56,094 bases of DNA from a virus. A program made the position numbers and the translations under genes. The notes beneath the pieces were generated by a model that saw only the letters and a program-made list of their open reading frames with translations, made no database searches and was not told where the DNA came from. The stretch's first letter is position 1; each line of letters begins with the position of its first letter. The stretch lies in IMG/VR virus record IMGVR_UViG_3300034069_002176. One strand, 5' to 3'. Shown here piece by piece: positions 38,661 to 47,381 of this stretch.

Positions 38661-39644
38661 ATGGCTGGCAAGGTCAAGACGCCTATCATCGATAAAAATG
38701 GTAAGCAGACGCAGGTATGGAAGAACACTGATACCAATGAGGGTCCGGTCCGTTCTGGGGTCGTACCTATCGCGAAGGCTGCAACCAAATACAGCCAGCA
38801 TGAAGTTCTTGCTCGTCCTCCCATCGTGCTTGGTGAAGATGAGCAGTACGATTTCACCAGCGATGAAGACGGCATCTCTTGGGATGGTGACATCACGCGC
38901 GCCAACATCTACCGTACGGAAGACGAGGATGGCGAGTCTGTATACGTCGCAACGGGTTATGGCGTTGACATCGATGCCAAACGTTGGCTTGCGGGCAACC
39001 ACTTCGATATCACCGACGAGCAAGAAGCGTACGATTTCGTTCAAAAATATTCTGGTCTCATCGACACCTTCTTCCAACGCGAATACGATATTGACGAAAT
39101 GGAGTGGTCGGATGACTTAATTGCTTCGCCGGTATGGACCTTAGAGTCTCCCGAACCGATGTCACCTGACACAGCAATCGATCATTGGGACACCTCGGAC
39201 GCAACTCGCATTTATAACGAGAGCGACCCCGGAACTTTCGGTTCTAGAGATCTTTGGCGAGCGCTTGCTGACGAGATTCGAGCCACAGAGGAAGTCAAGG
39301 ACTATTCCGAGCAGGACATCGCGGAAGCGCTCGAAAGCTCTTATGGTCTAGGCAAAGAAAACGAACTACGAGCTATCGTTGCTAGTGGTCGTCTCAGCGG
39401 TAGCACCGGTCGGCGAATTGTCGAACAGCGTCAGTTGGTCAGTAACCCCAGCGCACCTTGGGACGCAATCAGCGAGGTTGCTAGTTCCACCAATGATGAG
39501 TCGGTTCAACTTATGGCTATCGAGACCGGTAAGCTTCCAGAGGGAGCTTTGGCATCACTGCGTGAGCGGACCATTCACCCCTCCGTCCGTGACGGCATCG
39601 ACGAGATTATCGGTCATAACATCCTCGAAGGATTCGGAGCCTAA
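38661..39644 (+). CDS. DKNGK-tag family protein (very acidic cargo, helical C-terminus)
   Basis: Starts MAGKVKTPIIDKNGKQTQVWKN; AAGGAG RBS. Confidence 0.8.
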   Translation: MAGKVKTPIIDKNGKQTQVWKNTDTNEGPVRSGVVPIAKAATKYSQHEVLARPPIVLGEDEQYDFTSDEDGISWDGDITRANIYRTEDEDGESVYVATGYGVDIDAKRWLAGNHFDITDEQEAYDFVQKYSGLIDTFFQREYDIDEMEWSDDLIASPVWTLESPEPMSPDTAIDHWDTSDATRIYNESDPGTFGSRDLWRALADEIRATEEVKDYSEQDIAEALESSYGLGKENELRAIVASGRLSGSTGRRIVEQRQLVSNPSAPWDAISEVASSTNDESVQLMAIETGKLPEGALASLRERTIHPSVRDGIDEIIGHNILEGFGA

Positions 39645-39659
39645 CTAAACGGTAAAGAG

Positions 39660-39691
39660 CAGCGCCCCGCCATCATTTTGGCGGGGCGTTG
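39660..39691. terminator. Bidirectional intrinsic terminator
   Basis: CAGCGCCCCGCCA/TGGCGGGGCGTTG. Confidence 0.75.
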
Positions 39692-39696
39692 TCGGT

Positions 39697-40173
39697 TTAG
39701 AAGCCGAAACCTTTCATTATTTCCGCAATGCCTTCGAGAGCACGCTTGCTGGACTCGACGGCGTACATCTTGCGTAGTTCAGTCATCTTGATATTCTGAC
39801 CAGAAACATCCTCACCGGTCATGGACTGATAGCGCTTCTCAAGGTCAGCGCGGTTTTTCGCTGCCGCCGCGCGGTTGATACGGTTCTGCTCGCGGCGTTC
39901 AGCGGCTTTCACCTCTTGGTCTTCTTTGTGGAGCCACTCACGCTCAGCGTACTCATCTACCATGTCGTAGTCGTCAGGGTACTTCCATCCTTCGAGGTCG
40001 CTTATGTACATGCGATCCGTACGATCAGCCCACCCCTCTACTCCATACGGCGACATGTCATCGGCACGTTCGCTCCAGAAAACCTGCATCCACTCGCCGT
40101 CGAACAGGGCGTCGATGACGGTGCCATCATGCGGGGCGTCTTCCATCGGTAGGATGGTAACGATTTCGCTCAT
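39697..40173 (-). CDS. Hypothetical phage-type protein
   Basis: PMEDAPHDGTVI N-terminus (PIETAPKDGT-like); TTGACA promoter upstream. Confidence 0.7.
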   Translation of the reverse strand: MSEIVTILPMEDAPHDGTVIDALFDGEWMQVFWSERADDMSPYGVEGWADRTDRMYISDLEGWKYPDDYDMVDEYAEREWLHKEDQEVKAAERREQNRINRAAAAKNRADLEKRYQSMTGEDVSGQNIKMTELRKMYAVESSKRALEGIAEIMKGFGF

Positions 40174-40283
40174 GGTTTATTCCCTTCGTGGTGGATAAGT
40201 AATAGCTAACTTAGTCTATCTCTGTTTCAATGTCAATCCAACGCAGATTGAGTTTATGAGGCGGCAGTGCTACCATCCGACGC

Positions 40284-40682
40284 ATGAATGGGTCACTGGA
40301 TACAGCAGAGCGTGAATGGGTTGTTGGTCAGACAATCCCATTGCAGGATGCTACTGGTACCTACGAATTCGATTACCGGGTACTTTTCCAAGACACCTAT
40401 TGGCTGGACAGAAATCGGACGGTGCTGCTCATCTCTGAGATGTCACCGGATTACGTCTTCAATGTTCGAGAATTCATCGTAGAGATACAGCCGGAATTTT
40501 ATCGACCGGCGTTACTGTCTGAGTATGCGAACAAACTAATGGCATCCCTCTCCAGTCCTGGTTCAGTAGAGTGTTCTATGCAGAGGATGCGAGAGATTGC
40601 GCAGCAAGACACTAATACGCTTCTTAGAAATACCCCATTGGTCAGGAAATTAGAATCCATCGTTGAGCCGCCACCTGTCTGA
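40284..40682 (+). CDS. Hypothetical protein
   Basis: TTGAGT-N17-TACCAT leaderless start; QDTYWLDR...ISEMSPDY...TPLVRKL. Confidence 0.65.
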   Translation: MNGSLDTAEREWVVGQTIPLQDATGTYEFDYRVLFQDTYWLDRNRTVLLISEMSPDYVFNVREFIVEIQPEFYRPALLSEYANKLMASLSSPGSVECSMQRMREIAQQDTNTLLRNTPLVRKLESIVEPPPV

Positions 40683-40759
40683 AACCGAGTAGTTTGCCAA
40701 CTGGACAGATATGTGACACAATTGCACTAACCAATAACGAAAGGTGGGTGGAAACCCTC

Positions 40760-41056
40760 ATGGATAAGTTTGATCTCGACACCAAGGCGCTACAGCGCGC
40801 TGAGAACGTCATTCGCACGGTTCTTGCTAACGGAGCCGGTACGGATGTTTCCTCCATCCTACCGCTGCTCGGCTATTCCAACGCCGAGGATGCGCTGACT
40901 GCTGCCGACCTGTTCGCGGCGGAGGCTGCACGCATTTCATCCAAGGCTCGCACCGATGCAGTTGTCAAGGCAAAGGCTGCCGTGAAGGATCTTCCTCCCA
41001 CGGCTCTTGTCGCTTTCGACCGCAAGGTCAAGCGTTCCGCCAGCGCTGGTGAGTAA
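40760..41056 (+). CDS. Hypothetical Ala-rich protein
   Basis: GAAAGG upstream; start at 40748 or 40760. Confidence 0.65.
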   Translation: MDKFDLDTKALQRAENVIRTVLANGAGTDVSSILPLLGYSNAEDALTAADLFAAEAARISSKARTDAVVKAKAAVKDLPPTALVAFDRKVKRSASAGE

Positions 41057-41058
41057 CG

Positions 41059-41949
41059 ATGTACAACCCTCGACAGTGGGACTTTCTCACTGAGCAGAAG
41101 TCAATGCTGAGGCGGAATCCGATCTATATCAAAAACCGCACCAAGGTCGGGTTCCCCTCGCATTCTTTTGTGCGCCACGAGCTAGAAACACTTGGGCGTC
41201 CCGATGCGTTTGAATCTTACGCACAGTCAACAATCGGTCGTGGCACTCGACTTACGGGCGGTCATCATTATGGAGTCAACCGCGCACTTGATGGTTCGGT
41301 TGCTCTCACTGCCGTCTCCGTGGCTCAGGGTTGGCTTTTCAATGCAGACTTCTGGGTTGCTGGATTTGGTTCCACGTACTACCCTAATATTCATAGGAAG
41401 CAATTCCTGACATTCGGACACTATCCATTCGATAGCACCGATTCTTACTTCAATAACGCGGCACATCTGTGGGGTTCTCACGCAGATGGAACGGTACCCG
41501 ATTCGGTCAAAGATTCCATCCGCGTAACTTTCATGTCCCGACTCGGAAAGACAAAGTTCGAGCAGTGGAACAAATGCGTTATGCGCGCCAACTTATCTCC
41601 GGCTGATGTTGTCGATGGCACTCTTCTTGTTCCGATGCACGCTGGTGCATACGAGCAGGACTTCATGCCGTTGACCGAAATCGTACTGGGAGCCGAGAAG
41701 ATTTCCGCTATCGAATTCGATAAGGCTGACTTCGCGGCATGGATGTTCTTCTGCACGCAGGCTACAGCGGGTAAGGCTCTTGACGCGGTCACCCTTACCC
41801 GATTGATTGCTGAGTCCGCAGCGCATGGTCACAAGCCGACAACACTCTGGGAGCAGTTCTCGCTCGGTGTTCCTGTCCAGACTTTGTTGACTGCGGTCAG
41901 CAACGACATCGACTTTCAACTGGCTGACTTTCTTTCACAAGCGGTCTAG
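41059..41949 (+). CDS. Hypothetical protein, shared C-terminal tail family
   Basis: Ends LGVPVQTLLTAVSNDIDFQLADFLSQAV. Confidence 0.8.
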   Translation: MYNPRQWDFLTEQKSMLRRNPIYIKNRTKVGFPSHSFVRHELETLGRPDAFESYAQSTIGRGTRLTGGHHYGVNRALDGSVALTAVSVAQGWLFNADFWVAGFGSTYYPNIHRKQFLTFGHYPFDSTDSYFNNAAHLWGSHADGTVPDSVKDSIRVTFMSRLGKTKFEQWNKCVMRANLSPADVVDGTLLVPMHAGAYEQDFMPLTEIVLGAEKISAIEFDKADFAAWMFFCTQATAGKALDAVTLTRLIAESAAHGHKPTTLWEQFSLGVPVQTLLTAVSNDIDFQLADFLSQAV

Positions 41950-41996
41950 CTCTCGGAATTACTATCACAACCCAACTCATTTGATAGTCTTCGGCA

Positions 41997-42563
41997 ATGA
42001 GAGTACAAACCATCGACCTTGCAGCACGATTTTCCGCAGCGAATGTCATGGACCCCGATGGGACTGTGCTGCACGAGTTCGACTCATGGAACAAGACTGC
42101 CTTCGCCTTTGTTGACGAAATCATCGACGCTGCCGTCAAGTACGATGTTGACATCTTGGTCTTCGAGGATGTCCCTTACGGTCTTTCCAAGCAGTTTATG
42201 ATCAAGCCTGTTCTTCGTTTACAGGGCATCATCATTCATGCACTAGGCATGGCTAACCTCATTGAAAAGACAGTATTCTTGAACCCTTCGACATGGCAAC
42301 GTTCCTTCGAAGGCGTCTTCGGTGGCAAGGCTGCTGGTGCCGCCGCTGCTGCAACTGGATTCGGCTACACTGCTCCTAACATGCTCGAAATTCACGCTGA
42401 CGAAATTCCCGCCAAGGGCAAAGAGCGTAGCAAGATGAGAGAGCAGCTAAAGAAGGCTTCTACCGACTATGTTGACGCTTACTTGATGTCAAAGTGGAGT
42501 ATCGATTTCACGTCTCGCGATGAGATGTTGGAGAAGTCTGGCGTTCAAGCGATTTCGATCTAA
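41997..42563 (+). CDS. RuvC-like (RNase H fold) Holliday-junction resolvase
   Basis: TIDL N-terminal Asp, LVFED, RLQG, NPSTWQ and DYVDA acidic motifs in RuvC order. Confidence 0.7.
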   Translation: MRVQTIDLAARFSAANVMDPDGTVLHEFDSWNKTAFAFVDEIIDAAVKYDVDILVFEDVPYGLSKQFMIKPVLRLQGIIIHALGMANLIEKTVFLNPSTWQRSFEGVFGGKAAGAAAAATGFGYTAPNMLEIHADEIPAKGKERSKMREQLKKASTDYVDAYLMSKWSIDFTSRDEMLEKSGVQAISI

Positions 42564-42606
42564 AATAGCTGTATTCTAAGACTCCCCTGAGAGAAGGTAC
42601 CCAGCC

Positions 42607-42876
42607 GTGGCAGATAACATCCCTACGCTGCCTTGTATTCGCTGCGATAGACCGTTAGAACCGGCGTTACCCGGTGCTGAAAATCAGCCGTCCGGTGGAA
42701 CAGAATTTATTAGCTATGGACACTATGGTTCGTCTTACGATCCGATGGACGGCACGGCTATTGTCATCAACCTCTGTGACGAATGCTTAGCGCTCCGCTC
42801 CCGCGAAAGTGCCATTTTGGAACGTCGTCAGCAGCATGTCGAAATCAAGCACAGCTACAACTATTTCACTGGTTGA
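42607..42876 (+). CDS. Small Zn-binding hypothetical protein
   Basis: CIRC...GHYGSSYD...LCDEC. Confidence 0.7.
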   Translation: MADNIPTLPCIRCDRPLEPALPGAENQPSGGTEFISYGHYGSSYDPMDGTAIVINLCDECLALRSRESAILERRQQHVEIKHSYNYFTG

Positions 42877-43303
42877 GTTCGTTCTTTCTGATTTCCTGAA
42901 CGATGCGCTCGAATGCTGACTTCTCCTTGGAACTAAGTGGTTGCAGGGATTCGTTATCTGCCTCCGAGAAGTCAAGAAACGTGCTTCGAGGCTTATTGGA
43001 TAGTTTCGATCCATCATGAGATGCCGGAATAGCTGCCTTCTTGAGACCGCGCTGCTGCTTGATGTACTCCACCAACGGCATGTCCGATTCAAGGTACGCA
43101 CCAATTATCTTGCGCTTGCGGTAGAACCATGATGCCACGAACCAGATGATTGCGGATGCTATGACAGACTGAAAGATGTTGGGCGCAACGGAAATAGTAA
43201 TGATGGTGAGGTAAGCAAATAGACCGACGACGAACCAGAAAAGTAGCTTCATTGCTGACTCTTTAGGCGTTCTTCCGTTGGACTCCTGATTGGATGCCGA
43301 CAT
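42866..43303 (-). CDS. Membrane protein (2 TM)
   Basis: AGGAGG RBS before MSASNQE. Confidence 0.7.
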   Translation of the reverse strand: MSASNQESNGRTPKESAMKLLFWFVVGLFAYLTIITISVAPNIFQSVIASAIIWFVASWFYRKRKIIGAYLESDMPLVEYIKQQRGLKKAAIPASHDGSKLSNKPRSTFLDFSEADNESLQPLSSKEKSAFERIVQEIRKNELNQ

Positions 43304-43477
43304 CTCTGATCCTCCTGCTACCTGGCTAGACACGAATTTGGTCATCCTACACCTGATTTCGCTGAGAGCAAAACTTTCTTCGGAGTAGATTCCGTGCAAC
43401 CGAACTTGCACTATCTTCCTCTATGCCATAGAGTTGTCTTGTACCTGCTCATCGACAGAAAGTTCGAGCACCCGAAC

Positions 43478-45046
43478 GTGTTGATTTTCTACATCATCAT
43501 CGCTCTCGCCGCTACCGCTGCAACCGTATTCGCCATCAAGTCGCCAGTCAACCTTTCGGTGTGGGCTGTTGCGCTTATTGTCGCGCTTATCTCGCCGTTT
43601 CCGGTTCACGCTATCGTCATGAGCGTCGCTAAGTCGGACAAGCAGACCTACCACGAATACTGGAACGGCTACGAGACGGATGCCCGTGCTGTCAGCACCA
43701 CATGTGTGCGAGATGGTAGCTGCGTCCACGAGTACAACTGCGACCCGTATACACAGGTGTATTACGACACCGTGCAGGATGCTGATGGCAAGGGGACGCA
43801 TCAGGAGCGAAAGACCCGTACGGTCTATCACGACTGCCCGTACTCGACTCAGGAGACCACGTACCTTGTGGATACCACGCTCAACACGTACACCGTTGGT
43901 GACAGTCTGATGACGGGTGCCCAGTATCGTTTCGGTACCGGTATTCCCGGAGGTCGTGTGACTCATGCACCGGCTCAGTGGTCAGCAGTCAAGCACCGCA
44001 TTGACATCAAGAAGCCGGGTGGCGTCAGCAAGGTCAACAGCTACAAGAACTACATCCTCGCGTCCGAAGGAACGGTGTTCAAACGCTACTCCGATGAGAT
44101 CGATGAACTGAAATCAAAGAATCTTCTCCCTAGCCCCAGTGCAGGAATTGGTCAGTACGATGATGCCATCAAGGTGTCATTCGTAGGAAATGTCCACGGC
44201 ATCGACAAGAAGACCATTCGTGACAATCTGAATTCATTGAACGGCGCGGTGGGTTCCGACCTCAATGGTGATGTTCGCATGGTGTTCGTCAACAGCAGTG
44301 CTGTGGGAAACACCGAGGACTATGGAAACGCACTCATGGCATACTGGCAGTCGTCTAAAACCTTCGGTCGGGACGCGCTGGCTAAGAATGCCATCGTCAT
44401 TATCGTAGGGGTCGAAAAGTACAAAACGCCGTCTAAGGCTTCGGAGTCAACAGAGAGTGTCGTTGTTCCCACCACTACTCCCACCGCTCCCACCGTCACA
44501 GAGCAGCCCGCACAGCCGGTAATCAAGGATGGCTCGCCTGTTGTGGCATGGACCAAGGCTTACACCGGTATGCCTATCGGCAACGAGGCTCTTCTGACGC
44601 AGTTGCAGTCAGATCTCAAGGGCGATGTTATCGACAAGAACTTCATCGGAAATCCCACCATTGACCTTGGCACCAAGCAGACAATTCATACCGATGGAAA
44701 GATCGAGTCGATTCTTTTCGGCACTAATAAGTTCGACCGCGTAAGTATGTCGGCTAAGGACTCCAACGATTCCGGGTCTGGGTTCAACTACCTCGCTGAT
44801 GAATGGCAGCCCGACACGGGAGCGTGGACTTGGTTCTTCGTCATTTCTACGATAGTATTCCTATTGGTACTTGGCGGCGGGTTCTTCGGAGCCAACTCGG
44901 CAAGCCAGAGCAACCTTCCTGACCCCGCGCGACGCTTCGCTCGCGTGGTCTCAGGAAACAACAACAAATCGGATGATTCCGAGAGTAGAGACAGCCGTAG
45001 CGACCGCTACAACTCCCTCCGCAAGAAAAACAGAAAGAACTACTAA
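43478..45046 (+). CDS. Large membrane protein with an extracytoplasmic Cys-containing domain
   Basis: TTGCAC-N17-TAGAGT promoter (43406-43434); 2 N-terminal TM, EYWNG, C..C.HEYNC, C-terminal TM. Confidence 0.8.
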   Translation: MLIFYIIIALAATAATVFAIKSPVNLSVWAVALIVALISPFPVHAIVMSVAKSDKQTYHEYWNGYETDARAVSTTCVRDGSCVHEYNCDPYTQVYYDTVQDADGKGTHQERKTRTVYHDCPYSTQETTYLVDTTLNTYTVGDSLMTGAQYRFGTGIPGGRVTHAPAQWSAVKHRIDIKKPGGVSKVNSYKNYILASEGTVFKRYSDEIDELKSKNLLPSPSAGIGQYDDAIKVSFVGNVHGIDKKTIRDNLNSLNGAVGSDLNGDVRMVFVNSSAVGNTEDYGNALMAYWQSSKTFGRDALAKNAIVIIVGVEKYKTPSKASESTESVVVPTTTPTAPTVTEQPAQPVIKDGSPVVAWTKAYTGMPIGNEALLTQLQSDLKGDVIDKNFIGNPTIDLGTKQTIHTDGKIESILFGTNKFDRVSMSAKDSNDSGSGFNYLADEWQPDTGAWTWFFVISTIVFLLVLGGGFFGANSASQSNLPDPARRFARVVSGNNNKSDDSESRDSRSDRYNSLRKKNRKNY

Positions 45047-45048
45047 CC

Positions 45049-45735
45049 ATGAGCGACACCGCAGCGAACACTCAGCGTTCCAAGTACATTCGATGGGGAA
45101 TCATCGGCGGGGCAATCCTTCTCGTCGTCATCCTCGTGATTTCCACCTTCTCGTCCTTCAACAACACCCGAAACGATGGCATCACCTATGAGCAGGGTCT
45201 GATGTCTCAGTACAAGGTGAACAAGGACGAACTCTCGACGTACATCGTTTCGTTCAATGAGTCTCTGGGTGTGGCGGACCGTTCCACCTCGAAGCTCGAC
45301 AAGATCCTCAGCGATGCTGTGCAGGGTCGTTACGACAATGCCGATGGAACTCTGACGCCGGGTACCGGTGGCGCTATGTTCTCTGCGATTGCCGAGAGCT
45401 ATCCCGACCTGACGGCTAACGCTGAGACGTACGCAAAGGTGCAGGACTTGGTTATCAGCGGTCGAACCGCCTACAAGAACCAGCAGAACAAGCTCATCGA
45501 CATGGTTCGTGAGTACAAGGTCTGGTCCAAGAAGGGTCTTGTCCACAGCCAGATGGTGAAGGCTATCGGCTTCCCGAGCAACGACCTCGAAATCACCGAT
45601 GGCACGAACACCTACCACGGCATCGACGCCCTCGACCGTATCGACCGCGTGATTATCGTCAAGGAAGCCGCTGATGCTTATGACAGCGGTACCATCGCTC
45701 CGCTCATCAAGCCTGAGTCGGACGACACCAAGTAG
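45049..45735 (+). CDS. Single-TM helical protein (LemA-like, tentative)
   Basis: N-terminal TM; AVQGRY, AIAESYPDL, YAKVQDLVISGR; coupled to the upstream membrane gene. Confidence 0.7.
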   Translation: MSDTAANTQRSKYIRWGIIGGAILLVVILVISTFSSFNNTRNDGITYEQGLMSQYKVNKDELSTYIVSFNESLGVADRSTSKLDKILSDAVQGRYDNADGTLTPGTGGAMFSAIAESYPDLTANAETYAKVQDLVISGRTAYKNQQNKLIDMVREYKVWSKKGLVHSQMVKAIGFPSNDLEITDGTNTYHGIDALDRIDRVIIVKEAADAYDSGTIAPLIKPESDDTK

Positions 45736-45744
45736 CCCGTATCT

Positions 45745-45789
45745 TTACGAAACCCCACCTAGCCAGTGTGTCGGGTGGGGTTTCGTAAG
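45745..45789 (+). terminator. Intrinsic terminator-like hairpin
   Basis: TTACGAAACCCCACC/GGTGGGGTTTCGTAA. Confidence 0.7.
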
Positions 45790-45800
45790 AAAGTGAATTC

Positions 45801-46304
45801 ATGCCAGCCTCAAAGAACAAGCGTGCTAAGCAGCGCGAGACGCACGCCGCTCGTGCTGCCTATGTACACCGTAATGCCCCACCGACCGACCCGCGATGGA
45901 ATGCTGTAGCCGAGGTTCTGGATGCCAAAGGTTTCGCCTATGGCTCACATTTCGATGAGTGGCGGGACATGATGATCAAGCGCGGGGTTCGACCCGAGCA
46001 GGCTATCGATTACTCGGCACATTACGGTACTACACCCTGGTGGGGAGAGCTTGCTCATGCACGAGTGAAAGGACTGACTGACTGGCTCATCGCCTGCGGT
46101 CTGGAAGGGGATGAGCAGTTCTACGGGAACAACAGTCCTCGTGAGTACATGAAGAACATTGTTCAATGGGCTCGCGCTGGCTACACGTCTTCGCAGGTGC
46201 GGGCATGGAACCTTATCGGACTCACCCCGGAACAGGTGGAAGACAAGTCGAAGCCGGTCATCATCGTGCTGGAACCGGATGGTACGACTATCGACCGATC
46301 ATAG
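45801..46304 (+). CDS. Hypothetical protein with W-x-x-x-G repeats
   Basis: Basic N-terminus; WLIACG, WARAGY, WNLIGLTPE. Confidence 0.7.
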   Translation: MPASKNKRAKQRETHAARAAYVHRNAPPTDPRWNAVAEVLDAKGFAYGSHFDEWRDMMIKRGVRPEQAIDYSAHYGTTPWWGELAHARVKGLTDWLIACGLEGDEQFYGNNSPREYMKNIVQWARAGYTSSQVRAWNLIGLTPEQVEDKSKPVIIVLEPDGTTIDRS

Positions 46305-46785
46305 CGCTGATGCTCATGAGACCCATTGTGCTATTAGATGACTTCTCGACCGGAACGAACTTTTCGATGAGACCGCGTGCGCGACTCAGCTTGCGCTTGT
46401 CGGACTGAGATGTCATTTCTGCGATAATGGTCACCATAGCTGATGCTTGGCTCTCTGAGATACCGAGGGATGAAGAAAGAAAGTCGCTGGCGACGCCGAT
46501 GCTGTGTTCGTAGACTTCACGGTCACTGAGGGCTACGTCCTGGGTGGCACTAACCCAGTTGGAATCTAGGGCGTCAACTGAGATGGTTCGTACTTTATCA
46601 CCGACGCGCTTGGGTCGCTTGTCGTCGCGCAGGGCTATGGTCTGGTATCGGATGATTTCGCCGTCTTTGGCGCGCTCGTCAATACCGACGATTTTAATAG
46701 CTGCAATCTGCGGTTCGTTCTCGAAGTCCGTAGGTACGGAGTAGTAACGCAAGAACACCTGATCGATAAGTTCGGGCTGACCCAT
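46288..46785 (-). CDS. Hypothetical protein
   Basis: AAGGA RBS; 165 aa. Confidence 0.7.
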   Translation of the reverse strand: MGQPELIDQVFLRYYSVPTDFENEPQIAAIKIVGIDERAKDGEIIRYQTIALRDDKRPKRVGDKVRTISVDALDSNWVSATQDVALSDREVYEHSIGVASDFLSSSLGISESQASAMVTIIAEMTSQSDKRKLSRARGLIEKFVPVEKSSNSTMGLMSISAMIGR

Positions 46786-46904
46786 AGCTGTGCTGATTCC
46801 TTAATGACGTAGAGCCGTAATCTACACCACTTCTGGGGGTATTTTCGCAAGTTGGTATTGCTAGAAGTGTTTGTACAGGATTTTCCATGCTTGCGTATCT
46901 AACG

Positions 46905-46947
46905 CCGAAACACCCCGCGCACATAATCGGCTACGGGGCGTTTCGGA
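46905..46947 (-). terminator. Probable terminator after the thioredoxin gene
   Basis: CCGAAACACCCCG/CGGGGCGTTTCGG. Confidence 0.55.
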
Positions 46948-46956
46948 GTTGTGGCG

Positions 46957-47283
46957 TTAGGAAGCGTCGATTGCGGCGACAATCGCATCAACCAACTGCG
47001 CCTTAGGACGTGCCCCGAGGATGTCCTTAGGGCTCTTCTTACCATCGCTGTAAACGTGCATCAGTGGGATGCTCGTCACTTGGAACCTAGCAGCAAGTTC
47101 CGGCTGGTCATCAACATTTACCTTCGCAACGGTGATGCCTTCGTACTTTTCGAGGTCTTCGAGAATAGGACCGACTGCGCGGCACGGACCGCACCATTCT
47201 GCCCAGAAGTCTACGACAAGGGTTCCCTTCGTTGCTGCGGTGAACTCGTCGAACTGTTTGGTGGATGTAATTGTGGTACTCAT
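46957..47283 (-). CDS. trxA: Thioredoxin
   Basis: VVDFWAEWCGPC, KVNVD and VTSIP motifs. Confidence 0.95.
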   Translation of the reverse strand: MSTTITSTKQFDEFTAATKGTLVVDFWAEWCGPCRAVGPILEDLEKYEGITVAKVNVDDQPELAARFQVTSIPLMHVYSDGKKSPKDILGARPKAQLVDAIVAAIDAS

Positions 47284-47381
47284 GGCTACTATTGTCCTCT
47301 TGATTTCTGAACGTTTCTTGTGCGTTCACTAAATGTAACAAACACTAGCTTCAGAACATTCCTTCAGGTAGGCTAACCTTC

